A program made the position numbers and the translations under genes. This document shows, piece by piece, positions 12,501 through 24,129 of a stretch of 64,000 bases of DNA. Where the stretch lies: NCBI RefSeq assembly GCF_048593235.1, contig NC_133620.1, positions 372,153,261 to 372,217,260 of the forward strand, written 5' to 3'. Source of the stretch: Sminthopsis crassicaudata (Eukaryota). The notes beneath the pieces were generated by a model, which was given only the letters and a program-made list of their open reading frames with translations, did not search any database and was not told where the DNA came from. Numbering within the stretch: the first letter of the stretch is position 1; each line of letters begins with the position of its first letter.

Positions 12501-14821
12501 CTGCTCAGGACAGCCGGAGACGCAAGAAAGAATACATAGATGGTCTGGAGACTAGGTATGTACTTCATCATACACCAATGTGAGCCCTTAACCTCCTCCC
12601 CAGCCCATTCCAAGGTACAGATCACATGCATGACAGTCCTACTTTGTTCTCTTCCAAGTTACCAATGATCTCTCATTTGCTAGATCTGAAGTCTCTTCTT
12701 AAACCTCATCTTCTTCATCTTTTCTCTCTAATGTTTGATACCAATTTCCACTCTCTTCTCCTAGACAATCTTCTCTGGATTTCTATGACTGTCCTGCCTC
12801 ATGCTCCTATCTGACTGCTTCTCAGTCCCCTGTGATAATTTATCATCCATATCACATCCCCTAATCATGAGCATATCACAAGACAATGCCCAAAGCCTTC
12901 TTCTCTTTTCTTCCACTTGGTGTCATGACCATCCATGGGTTTTCCTTTCTCTGCAGAAGATCCTAGGTCTATATATCCTGTCCTACTCTCTCCTGAGTTC
13001 TAGTCGCCTATGACCAGTTGTCTACCAGACATTTAAAAACAGATGTTCCATAACCATTTCAAACTCAATCCATCTAAAATAGAACGAACTCTTCATCTTT
13101 CTCCCCCAAACCAACTTCTCTTCTAAACTTTCCTATTTCTGTTAAAATCACAACCATTCACCAGCAGTATGCATCTTTGGCTCCTCACTCTTTTCCCTCT
13201 CCTACAGCTAATCAGTTGCCAGATCTTATTTCCACATCTCTCTCTTCCAACCTCTTCTCCCTGCCAACATAGCCATCACTTCATGGCAGGGCTTTACCTC
13301 TCACCTGAACAATTGGAATAACCCTCTAAATGGTATCCCAGCTCCAAGTCTCTCCCTACTTTGATCTAATCTCCACACTGCTGAAAGTGGCTCTCCCAAT
13401 GACCTCAGGGATTGAAAACAACCCAACCAGCACTTACAACCTTTCATAACCTGGTCTAATCTATCCTTTCTACCTCATACTATACTATTTTCCTTCCTAC
13501 ACTATGGAGGACAAATTGACCTGAATTCTTACACACTATATTTGACCCAGATAAAGCTGATTTGAAAGAATTCTAGCGAATTTGACAAAAACAGGGAAGC
13601 TCAGAGAGGATTTAGGAGAAAAGTTGTTTTGGATGCAGAGTTTAAGAAATCTATGGGACACTTAGTTTGAAAGATCATTAGGCAATTAATAATAATTAAT
13701 TAGGGTGGAGCTCAACAGACTGGGGCTTTCTGCAATAGCTTCTAAATTCCCTTCTCAGACTGTTAGAATTCCAGGTTTTCTTCAAAGCACTTTTTTACAG
13801 TCCTTCTTGGTTCTCCCAGCAACTAATGTGCTCTCCTTTCCAAACCATCTTTTATTTTGTATTAATATACAAAAATTTTTTTCTCCCTGTAGAATGTTAA
13901 GCTCCTTAAAGGTAGGGACTGTTTCAATTTTGTCTTTTTATCACTGCCTAGCAAGTGGAAGGAACTGAAGTGCTTTGCTGATTATGTAGGTAAACAAATG
14001 TGCACTGACTTGCTCTCCTGGTTTGGGTACTATGTGATCCCCATCTCTAAGTCTCTTTCCCTCCATCAGGGTGGCTGCCTGCTCAGTACAGAATCAGCAG
14101 CTACAAAAGAAGCTGCAGGAGTTGGAGAGACACAATATGTGAGTGGAACAGAGGTGGTGGAGAGGACATGGGCATGCAGGTGATCCTGCCATGGTTGGAA
14201 GCCAGAAACACACTGCCTCTTTTTTTCCTCCCTACTAGCTCCTTAGTGGCTCAACTTCGACAGCTACAGGCACTCATTGCTCAGACCTCTAACAAGGCTG
14301 CCCAGACCAGCACTTGTGTCCTGGTAATAATCCCTCCCCCAGCCTATCTAGATTTGTCATTCCCTCTTCTTTCTTCTATTCCCTCATTTTGACCCCAGAT
14401 TTCTGCTTATCAAATTTCTCTCCTTTTCACTAGATCCTCATATTCTCCTTAACTCTCATCATCCTTCCCAGCTTCAATCCCTTTCACAGGGAACAGCCAA
14501 CTGGGCCTGACACTTATAAGCCTAGTGGAGGTGAGGTGCTGTGGGAACTATTAGTGTGGGTGGTACAAAGTCATTGCCAAGCAAGGGGTAACAGGCTGGG
14601 GACTAGAAAAATCCTCACCCTAACCTTTTCCTTCACTCTTCGCAGTTATCTCCAGAAACATCTTGACTCACATGGATGTGCCTGATATCCTGAGGACCCT
14701 GGTATCACAGCCTGGAGGCAGGCCTACCAATGGTTCCTCAGAGGCAGTGCTTAGGGAGGGTGAGAAGCAGCCAGGCCTTGAGAAGAAGGGCCCCGCTGTG
14801 CAGCATGCTGATGAGATGTAA
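6641..14821 (+). CDS. CREB3L4: cAMP-responsive element-binding protein 3-like 4 (AIbZIP), membrane-bound bZIP factor, 389 aa. Exons 6641-6811, 7054-7303, 7876-7997, 12164-12256, 12449-12555, 14070-14138, 14239-14323, 14434-14530, 14646-14821
   Basis: All introns are GT-AG with consistent phases (1170 nt). The translation contains [27 protein letters not shown], the basic region [23 protein letters not shown], a leucine zipper, [16 protein letters not shown], the S1P motif RNIL and the C-terminus HADEM. Confidence 0.97.
10334..10853 (-). mobile_element. Solo LTR, class I ERV-like (520 bp)
   Basis: TG...CA termini. 4-bp TSD atat at 10330-10333 and 10854-10857. AATAAA on the minus strand. Splits the L1 cleanly. 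Confidence 0.85.
11750..11865 (-). mobile_element. WSINE1-like SINE inserted in an L1 3' end
   Basis: Matches the reverse complement of the other SINE copies (gtgacttgcccagg...agctgcccc). Confidence 0.85.
12620..13530 (+). mobile_element. L2 LINE remnant in CREB3L4 intron
   Basis: Pyrimidine-rich sequence similar to the L2 copy at 25340-27305 (e.g. aaactcaat, tcttcccc, ctcacctg blocks). Confidence 0.6.
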
Positions 14822-15093
14822 GGCAGATTTGGAAAAAAGGTGGAAGGCCTGCGAGGCCACGACAAAAATGAGTAACTTCCAAGTCCTGGGATTGAAATAC
14901 AGAGCACTTCCCCACTCACAAGTCTTCACACCCTAAGGCAGCAGCTGGAGAGAACCTGGAGGTAGTACCTCTCCCTGCTCCCTAACATGGCCAGCAGCTT
15001 ATGCTCTCAATGTGAATGGTAACATGCAACCAAGGTGAGCTCCAAGTGGAGCTTTTTGGGGAGAGGGGAAAGGAGAGAAGGGTGCTTCTCTAA

Positions 15094-15099
15094 AATAAA
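15094..15099 (+). terminator. CREB3L4: Candidate CREB3L4 polyadenylation signal
   Basis: AATAAA about 270 nt after the stop codon. Confidence 0.65.
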
Positions 15100-15254
15100 A
15101 TTATAATTTCCACCTGATTTATGAACTTAGCCTATATTTGGTTTCAGAGATCTCCTATTAGTTTGTGCTCAGATGGACTCACTTAAGCTCTAACCATGGT
15201 AGAGGAAGAAAGGAACAAAGTTGGGGAGATTGGGGACACAGCTGCTTCCCACAA

Positions 15255-15335
15255 TTTATTTTTTTTTTGTTCTGACCCCACCCCCAAACAAACAAAACGT
15301 AACAGTTATGGTTGTGGGATTGTTTTTATTTTATT
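15255..15335 (-). terminator. JTB: Candidate JTB polyadenylation signals
   Basis: AATAAA on the minus strand at 15325-15335 (two overlapping) and 15255-15260. Confidence 0.6.
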
Positions 15336-15511
15336 CTTTGATTATCGAGGAGACAAAGGATGAAGGGCAAAGGGAAGAAGATGAAGGAATGGGGTTCCAG
15401 GGGCCAGGCTTACCCCTTACAACCTTCTCCCCTGTCAGGCCAGCTGTGACCCTTCTCCACCAGGCCCCCTTGGGGCAAAGGTTTGAATGTCAGGATAGCG
15501 GGGCCAGGGGT

Positions 15512-16634
15512 TTATATGGACTCAATCTGTTTTCGGACCTTTTCCAGGGCCTTTCGGTCCAGTGATCTCTGACGAAGGATCACAAGGCAGGCAAAGACCG
15601 CAGCCACTCCCACCACAGCCCCCTCAAACTTCCAAAACAGGTGTCGCTCCATCATTGCTGAGCGGCAGCTGAGACAGCAGGGAAACAGTCTGTCACAGCC
15701 CGTAGTGCAAACTTCAGAACTGATTAAGCCCCTCTCAACTTAACTCCCATCTCAACAAACCCATCCAAGGAGAGGGGTGGGGGAGAAGAACAGGGAGAGG
15801 AGTGTCCCCTTGGCAGAGGGAAGTGAGGGAATACTGACCTTTTGAACTCATCTTTCTTGGACTCAGAACAACTGATTTTCTCCACGAAGCCAGTGGTCCC
15901 ACACTCAGGAGTAGTTTTCTGCGGAGGAGGAAGGAAGGAGGGGGTCAGGCTCAGAGGCCCCCAGGAAGGAGAAGGGCAGACCTGCTCCTGCACAAAAAGA
16001 GCGGGGGAGGGGCAGGGAGGGTGCTTGGAGAAGGGGCACATTACACTCACAGCCTGGAAGGTGGTACAAGGGGCACACTCCTCGGCCACCACGAAGTCCT
16101 CCACCAGCCAACAGGGCATGGACGCCGAGGTGCTTACTGGAAAAAGGGAAAAATGCCCAGCAACTATCCCGGAGGAAGGCCCGGCGCCTGCTCCTGCCCG
16201 TCCCACGCCCACCCCCGTTCCCTACTCGGACGGCTCATGCTCTCCATCCGTCCTCCGGGGTCCCTCGCCCCTTCGGCTCCCCCCCCAGCCCGGGGAGGGC
16301 CACCTCGGCCTGTACCTGACTGCTTTTCCCTGGCGGCGGCCTCGGTCAAGCTGCGGAGGGAGGCGGCACGCGTCAGACACAAGACTCCAAAGCCCCGCTC
16401 CTCGCCGCCCGGACCCCTGCCCCGGGGGGAGCGCGCCCAGGCCCATTCCCGCCCCGCCCGGGACGGCGGGCCGCTCCCCTCCCCCGCCCCTCCCTCTCCC
16501 GCTCACCCCAACTCCAGGATGAAGACGAGGAGCACCCAGTAGACGAAGACGACGAGGCTCCGCGGGTGGCAGGGCGACGTCTCGGGGACATCGATCCAAT
16601 ACGGCTCCCGAGGCTTCGCGAGCAAGGGGCGCAT
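15512..16634 (-). CDS. JTB: Protein JTB (jumping translocation breakpoint), 161 aa. Exons 16634-16507, 16350-16316, 16136-16051, 15918-15839, 15668-15512
   Basis: GT-AG introns with consistent phases (486 nt). The translation contains PCWLVEDFVVAEECAPC, KTTPECGTTGFVEKISC, a TM segment and LDRKALEKVRKQIESI. Confidence 0.96.
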
Positions 16635-17320
16635 GGCGCCGCACCTGCCGAGACAAAGACGTCCGGGCCGCACTGACAGGCGCGAAGCGCTCGCCCACCT
16701 GAGCCCCTCCGCCACGGGCAGAGACTCGCCCCCGCAGCACTCCCGGCAGTCCCCGCGAAAAGGGGGAAGGAAAGCGGTGGGGTGCTGTCGCGACAGCTAG
16801 CTCGATCGCAAGGCGGCCTTGCCTATCCCGGCGATTCGGGTCAATCAGCAAGTATTTTTTCTCTCATCAAACTGTAAACCGCCCGGCCGGGTCTGGGAGG
16901 GATTGGGGAGGAAAATCCCTCTGAGCAGACGCGACCCAGGAACGAGGCAGATTCTCAGTCGGGCTTCCGCTCCCGGCACCGCCATGTTGTCACGCGAGAA
17001 ACTTTGGGACACGCCCCTTCCTTCTCTCCCCAGAAACTGAAAGGATGAGTCCCGCCTGGCAGCGGTAGTTTTTCCTCCCTACCCCCACCGCGGTCCAAAG
17101 GCCTCTCTTTAACCATCTCAGCCGGCTTGTGCGCGAGGCATTGTGGTACTTGTAGTTCTTTCCCGATGCATGGGGTGGGTACTGCATTCAGGGAACTGCA
17201 GTTCCCAGGTGGATGCACTTTCGTGTATAAAACCTGTGGCTCCGCTCGCTTGGGTTTCTTGGCAGGGACCACCTCTGCTTTCGGACAAACGGGCGGGAGG
17301 AAGGCAGGGGTTGTTTATTA
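16150..17320. promoter_or_regulatory. JTB: JTB CpG island promoter
   Basis: High CpG density. YY1-like AACATGGCGG (minus, 16979-16988), ZNF143/SBS-like motifs (17138-17158, 17184-17206), BANP-like TCACGCGAGA, GC box. Confidence 0.8.
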
Positions 17321-17329
17321 CAGTACTTT

Positions 17330-19832
17330 TGATAAGGGTTGAGGTCCCTTTAAGATTCCTTTCTAATTGCCCATGGCTGACCTTGATTCACAAATCCTGG
17401 TCAAAAGCACCCTTTGAATATCCGGGCCCAGCCCCCATCAGCTCGGCTTCCCCCAGCCCTCACTGATCTGAGCTAACTGAAAAGCCTGCGAGAACTTGGA
17501 ACTGCCCACAATCTTTTGGGTATAAAAGAGGTGAGCCGGACCGCCCTCATTGCAGGAGCCCTCCCACCAACACATGGTATCCTTCCAGCCATGTAAGGGT
17601 TCTTGCCCACTCAGCGGCCACCTCTGGCCCTGGCATCTTTCTAACTGAACTTTACTTCCAAATTCCTACAATAAACCTTTTATTTATCAATCTAAGTTTT
17701 TGGGCCTGTAAATTCATTTACAGAGGACACTGCGCCTCATGGGGTTATCTATGCACTGAGAAAAGGGGTTCCCCTTTCCTTTCCCTCAATAGTTGGTGGC
17801 CCTCACGGTGACCCCAAAAATTGTTACCCCGAAAACTAACCTTAACCTTTTCAGGTCTCTCAGAACCAACCTTCGTCCTTAGCAGTTTGAGCAGCTTCCG
17901 GAAAGAATATCTGTGTTCCTAACCTTGTCTCACTGTAAACATAGGGCACCCAGACCAGATTTGGGGTGCAAAGTCTCCCGTGGAGACTACTAGTGTTTCA
18001 GGAAAAAAAAAAAGCTCTCCTTTTGTCTCACTCTGTCACTACAGGCTGCTTTTCCAAAGCATTTCTAATCCCTTTATCTCCCCAGAAAAGCCTGCCTACA
18101 GGCTGCAACTCCGACACAGGAGAGTGTCTCTTCTTCACCCCTGCCCCCCCATCCTGTCCCCTTCTCGGGGTACAGTGGGGAGAGTTGGGGACTCCAAGAT
18201 CTCTAGAAAAGTCTCCTATTCACTTTTAAAAGGAGCTCTGCCGCAATTCTGAACGCCCCTCCCATAGCTTCTACCTGGCTCTTAAAGGAGCCAAGACTTC
18301 CAGTGCTCTCAGAGAACTAGCCTGTCCCATACCTTTTAAAATGGGACTCTGTTTCCTGCAGTAGACCACGCTCTCTAGGCTGGATTTTAAAACTGCCCAT
18401 TTTCTTTCTAAGCCCAAGGCATACTTACCTGCTTTCTAAAGCCTAGACAGAATTTAAACTAGCTGTTCTAGCCTTTCTCTGTCTCAGCTCCTAGAACACT
18501 CGATATTTCTCTCGATTGGATGCCCCCTCCCAACAGTTAAAAGATGCCCTTTCTAAGTTCTGGTCCTGGCCAGCCTAGAGCTTCAGAAAGGACATCTTTG
18601 TAATTTGGGCTGGGGAACAAAATTGTGAATCCAGGCAAATTAATTAAGAGAATGAAAATAGTTTCTTTTATCTTTCTCTCATCCTGACTGCAGCAGGAGG
18701 AGAATTAAGAGACTGAAACTACTTAAAAAGCATTCCTTAACTACTTTTAATTTGGCCCCTCGCTAGAATCTTTCTCTGTTCTGGTGAACAACAGTTTCTT
18801 TTTTTACTGCCTCAGTTTCCTTAAACTGTCTCTTTCTTGACTGAACTTCTCTGGCTTCAGTCCAGGAAGTCAGGGGTATAGAATAAGAATAATAGATTCT
18901 CCCTCAAGCTGCCTTTTAGAGAATGGCTACATTACCACCTGAAAGAGTTCCAATCTCTCTCTACCTGCCCAACCCCCAACTTGCTTCAGGAATCCCTTAT
19001 CTCCAATTAGGGTCTGACCTTTCTAAATGCCCCCACAAGCTAATCACTAGAAGAAGGGTGGCAGTAGGGTCTTTTGTCTTCACTCACTATTCTCTGCATT
19101 AATGCTAGCTGCTTTCCCTTCCCTCTGCCTCTTCTAACAGAGTAGGGAGGGGTCACATGGGATTTCTCTTCCGCAGAGAAGGTTCTGAGTGAGATAGGCC
19201 GGCTTTCAAATTAATTGATCTGTTTTTGTTTTTTTTTTTAAAGACTCGTTAAAACTGGGGGACTTGCATAAAACTGACTATTGTTCTATATGAGAAAAAC
19301 TTTTAACTATTGCTGTATAAACCTGTTTAACTATTGCTGCATAAAACTCTTTGACTATTGCTGTTTCAGGAAATTTACTAGTTTGTTATATATAATCTGA
19401 TAATTTCTGTAAACGGGGGGGAAGGAAACTGAGATTTCAGCTGGTCAGGAAACTGGGAAAAACTGATGTCTTATTTCAGTTCAGGCTGAATTGGAAACTA
19501 TTTTACTCTTTGCTTAAAATTTACTAGACTATGATTTGCCGAGTTATGTTTTAACTTTGAAATCCCTTATTCAGTCTTTGGGATTATTCTTTAGAAACAA
19601 CCAAAAATCAGAAACCTGTCTAAGGACTGGCAGCCTCTCTGATCTGTTTCTCTACCCATTACCCCATTTCCTTAAATTAATATTTCAGCATTTCGAGATC
19701 AGAACTCTAATGGTTGGGGTAGTCCGTTGTGGTCTAATTGCATAATTTACTCAGAAATATGTCCTCCAGAGAGAGAGAATGAAGCTCTCAAACTCCATTT
19801 TTTGTCTGTCTGTCTGTCTGTCTCTGTCTCTG

Positions 19833-19886
<54 letters not shown>

Positions 19887-22814
19887 GGAGCCCCTGACTT
19901 GGGGTGCCTTCTCAGGGCAGCAGGTCCGCCTTGAGCACTGCTACACAGCAGATGCTGAGTTAAACGCACAAATGACCACAGACCTAAAGACTGTCCATCT
20001 CTGACTGAGATGCCCCCCCAACTGCAGAGATTCAAACAGGGAGACATGTGTCTCTCTGAATAAGGTGTGCTGTTCTATGCTAATAATTTTGGGGTTATCG
20101 GGGAGAAACTGGTCCTTGCCACAAGTTCTTGCACTTTCTAGTTTTAGTCTAGTTTGTTTTATTGTCCTGACTCAGTTTCCCTAATTATCCTGACTCAGTC
20201 CTGCCTCAGTTTCCGTCTCTTAGTTCTACAAAACCTCCCCCTGCCTCTTTATCAGAATACTTGATAAGATTTTATATTTCAGAATAGCAGAATGCCTCTC
20301 CCATCCCAAGCTATGGGAATCTCTTATCAAGATGCTGTCTCCACTGATTATATCATCTCTCTAGAAACCTACTCCAATATTGCTCTCTCACCTCTATTAG
20401 ATAACACCCCCCACACACACACACAAACTCTGTCAGTGAGGTGGGATAGCTAAATTTCCTGGGACTTGATTGATGTTGTCTGGAGCTCTACGTTCAAGCC
20501 AAGCATTGCTCATTGAGACGTCATGGCACAGCTCTGGCGAAATAAAAAATTTCTTTGTCGCATTTTTCTCTCTCTCTTAGGGACGCCTAAAGGGATTGAA
20601 AGCTATAGAGTTGGTCTGGTTCCTGCCCTCTCAATAAACTCCACTGAACTAATCTTTCTCCACCCACCTTAACAGGGCTTCCCTGCTGTTAGGAAGCTAG
20701 CCCCTTTGAATCGAAAAAGTTGGGAAAAAGAGCAATATTCAAACTTAGCCTGGGTTTCTGTGAATGCCATCCATACTTCGGTAGGATTTATTTCTAAAAG
20801 TTTAACTTCTAACTTCTTGAATTCTCTTATGTGGAATTAGACATTCTGTATATGATTATATTTGCATTGGGTATTTTAAAAACAAACTGATTACATTTAC
20901 TTGGATATAAACTCATTGGGACAAATTCCTTATTATTATCAACATAAGGTTATGATAAATATTTGTTTATGTTCTTGCATTTTTTCCTCATGTAACTGAT
21001 TTTAAGAGCAGAGCAATAATCAATAGAAATTGTTAATGCAATTCAATTATGTCATACCTTGCTGTTTCTAGCCTGATTATATGTAATCATTGTATCCTAA
21101 ATGCTTGGGCAAATAAGTATTTAGCCTGGTCATCTGTCTGCTACTGGACAACTAATAGAGATCTCTAATAACAAAACTGATTTCTAATATCTGTTGGTTT
21201 TCCTTTATCTCATTAACCTGAGACTCTCAGTTCTCTTCTCAGGGCAACTCCTACCTCCAGACACTCAGAAAGAAGCAGAGATGCTCTTTTAATGCAAATC
21301 TCTTCTAGACTTAAGCCTTAGAAGACCCCAGTCTCTGCCCTGAATCCGAGTAGGAGGAACTGCCTTCTCACCATCACAGAACACCACAAGGGTTCACCTG
21401 GCCCCCCAGCGTCCTGCCCCCTGGTAGGAATTTGAAGTCTGGCCCTCTTTCCCTTTTATCTCAGGACAGCCCGAACACTTCAGGGGCTGGTAAGCTGGGT
21501 AGGCTATGCTGATACTTTTCACCCCTCCTCCATAAAGAGTGGGGAAACTAGGAAGGAAAAGATTCAGGATCTTTGCTTATTGAATAACCAACTTTCTTCA
21601 AGAACAGCACAGTTTTTCCAACATTTCCAAGAGCTTAAACCGTATTCTTATCTTGATCTGCAGCTCTGACAACTGGGGATATACCCATCCCTGGACCCTG
21701 CCTTACAGAGGAGCAGTGGTTCATTAAATCTACTAGAGGCCTCTTGCCTCTCCTGGCTTCTGGTCCACACCCATTAATCCCAACCCCAGGAGAAATCAGC
21801 CTTCTTGGAAATTAAGGGTAAAAGAGCTACAAATAATATTTTCTCAGCATTATCTCCTATTTTTCTTTGATTATTAGATGGTCTATCAGACAAGCAGCCC
21901 TCAGAAGGGACCTGCTGCATTTCTTGCTAAAGGCCCTATTCTCCTGAATGTCACCATCTCCATCCTGGATAACATCCCACTTTTAATCTGTTCCCGAGAT
22001 CTGTTTTCTCTAGGCTTCACACTTTGGATTCTCAGCTGGCCTTTCAGCCTGGAGAACATTGACTGGGGACAACTGAACGGGATACCTCTTTGATGTCCTG
22101 CTGCCATCCCCCACACCTCACGCCTCACCTCCTGGCATGGAACCCCAAATCTCTATGACCCTTGTCAGCTCAAAGCAGTTAAAGAGGAGATCAACACCCC
22201 TTTTCCCACATGCATCTGGAGGCGATGGTTTGAGGGGGGAACAAGACGAGGGGACCCTGCTACTCTGAAGATCTTTGGAGAAAATCTTCAACTTTTCCTT
22301 AAATGAAGGACACTTCCCCAAATTTTCATTTTTCTTAAATGAATTTAACTCTCATCTGCTTAAGGGGGGAACTGATGAGGGTTGGGGTCCCTTTAAGATT
22401 CCTTTCTAATTGCCCAACCCATGGCTGACCTTGATTCACAAATCCTGGTCAAAGGCACCCTTTGAATATCTGGGCCCAGCCCCCATCAACTCAGCTTCCC
22501 CCAGCCCTCACCTGATCTGAGCTAACTGAAAAGCCTGCCAAGAACTTAGGGGTACTGCCCGGAACGCCCTCGTTTCAGGAGCCCTCCCAGCCAACACATG
22601 GTATCCTTCCAGCCATGTAAGGGTTCCTGCCCGCCCAGCGGCCACCTCTGGCCCTGGCGGCTTTCTAACTGAGCTTTACTTCCAAATTCCTACAATAAAC
22701 CTTTTATTTATCAATCTAAGTTTTCGGGCCTGTAAATTCATTTTACAGGGGACACTGTGCCTCATGGGATTATCTATGCTCCGAGAAATGGGGTTCCCCC
22801 TTTCCTTTCCCTCA
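17330..22814 (+). mobile_element. Defective class I (gamma-like) ERV. 5' LTR 17330-17788, PBS 17794-17811, non-coding internal region, PPT about 22362-22371, 3' LTR 22373-22814
   Basis: Two direct repeats of about 450 bp with TG...CA ends. TATAAAA in the 5' LTR and AATAAA in both. PBS tggtggccctcacggtga is 15/18 to the recalled tRNA-Ile complement TGGTGGCCCGTACGGGGA. PPT aaggggggaa. Near-TSD tacttt on both flanks with a 1-nt offset on the right. Confidence 0.92.
19803..19883. repeat. Compound (TGTC)/(TCTGTC)/(TC)n microsatellite within the ERV internal region
   Basis: Seen directly. Confidence 0.95.
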
Positions 22815-24129
22815 TTACTTTGTTTTCTCAGCATTAGACTCCGGCTCACACACTTAGATGGTTAGACTTGTAATCCAAATTATGGCTTCTGGTCTTCTTA
22901 CTTAATGAGTTAACTTCATTCCTCATATTTTATAACGAAAAATCAAAATTCTGAGATTATACAGCTCAGGTTTAATATTGAGATCTTTTCACTGAGGGTT
23001 TTTTTGTTTTTGTTTTTAAGCTCATTTCCTCAACGGAACCCAAAGCCAAATCCTGCCTCAAACAGTAATTGTGTGAGCCTGGGCTAGACCCTTGGCTGCC
23101 TCAATTTCCTCAAATGTAAAATAGAATAACAGCACCTTCCTTTGAGGGTCAAATGCTTGGCATAAAGTAGGCACAATAAATTCATTTCCCTCTTCCCTTT
23201 CCCTTCCCATCAGTTTTCCTGGAATTATAGTAATTTGGCATTTCTAGATCCATTTGGAAAAAGGGAAGAGCTCTCAGCTCCCACATAAAACAGGCTAAAA
23301 AAACATCAAATGCAGCACAAATTTCGTTTAACCCAACAAAAAGATAGGGAAGGAATCCAACCAAACAGTCCTCTCTTTTATAGGTCTCTTCCCCCCCCCC
23401 AGGGGCCAATGTGGTCTTCTAGATTTAGAAGACTCTATAGATTAAGACAATTCCCTCTGTCCCACTCTCCCAAAGAAGGAACAAGTACTTGGAATTCCTT
23501 CCGACCTGCATTGTCCACATGACTCAGTACAGAGAAGATCAGAATCCAGCTTTGTTCCTCTTAGACAGCCCTTGCTGTTCCTTCGAAGTCTCCAAATTCT
23601 ACTGTGCTGCTCTCCTAGGCTAAAGAACCCTCACAAATATTCAGTGTTCCTCTCCAGAAGAGTCCAGAGTGTAGTCCCTCCTCTTTGCCCCCCTTTCTCC
23701 TCTCTATTAACTGGCTTTTTCTCTTTGGCCTCAATTCTAACTTCTGCCCTCATCCTGTAGCCCTCTGGCTATTCTTTAAATGAACCCGAGCAAGGGTGTA
23801 GCCCAGGTGTGCAACAAACCATCCTTCTGGTGCTATTAAAAGAGGGAAAGGCAAATACTCAGGGAAAGAGTACACACTTTATCCAATATTTAACCTTGTT
23901 GAAGTGATACTCAGGATTCAGGAAGTCATACTGGGTAGGGTTCTTCCTGGACATGAGCCTCAATTCTTTGGCCACTAACAGACTGCTTGGAATAATTGAT
24001 TTGTAGCTGCTGGAATATAATATTAAATTTGATTTTTTTTCCATCTACAAAAAAAAAAAATACATTTCCCTTTGTTCCAGACCCTTTTAGATGAAAGCTA
24101 TCTATTACCTAGTTTCTCACCTAAATTTG

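Noticed and set aside
15842-16851. Several 160-226 aa ORFs overlapping JTB
   Set aside because: They are alternative frames of a GC-rich island and of JTB introns, with no domain signatures.
23859-24044. Minus-strand ORF ...RKNPTQYDFLNPEYHFNKVK with faint resemblance to the NDUFA4 family C-terminus
   Set aside because: Only scattered residues match, splice sites are weak, and there are no partner exons or TM-coding segment. A tBLASTn search against NDUFA4-family proteins would settle it.
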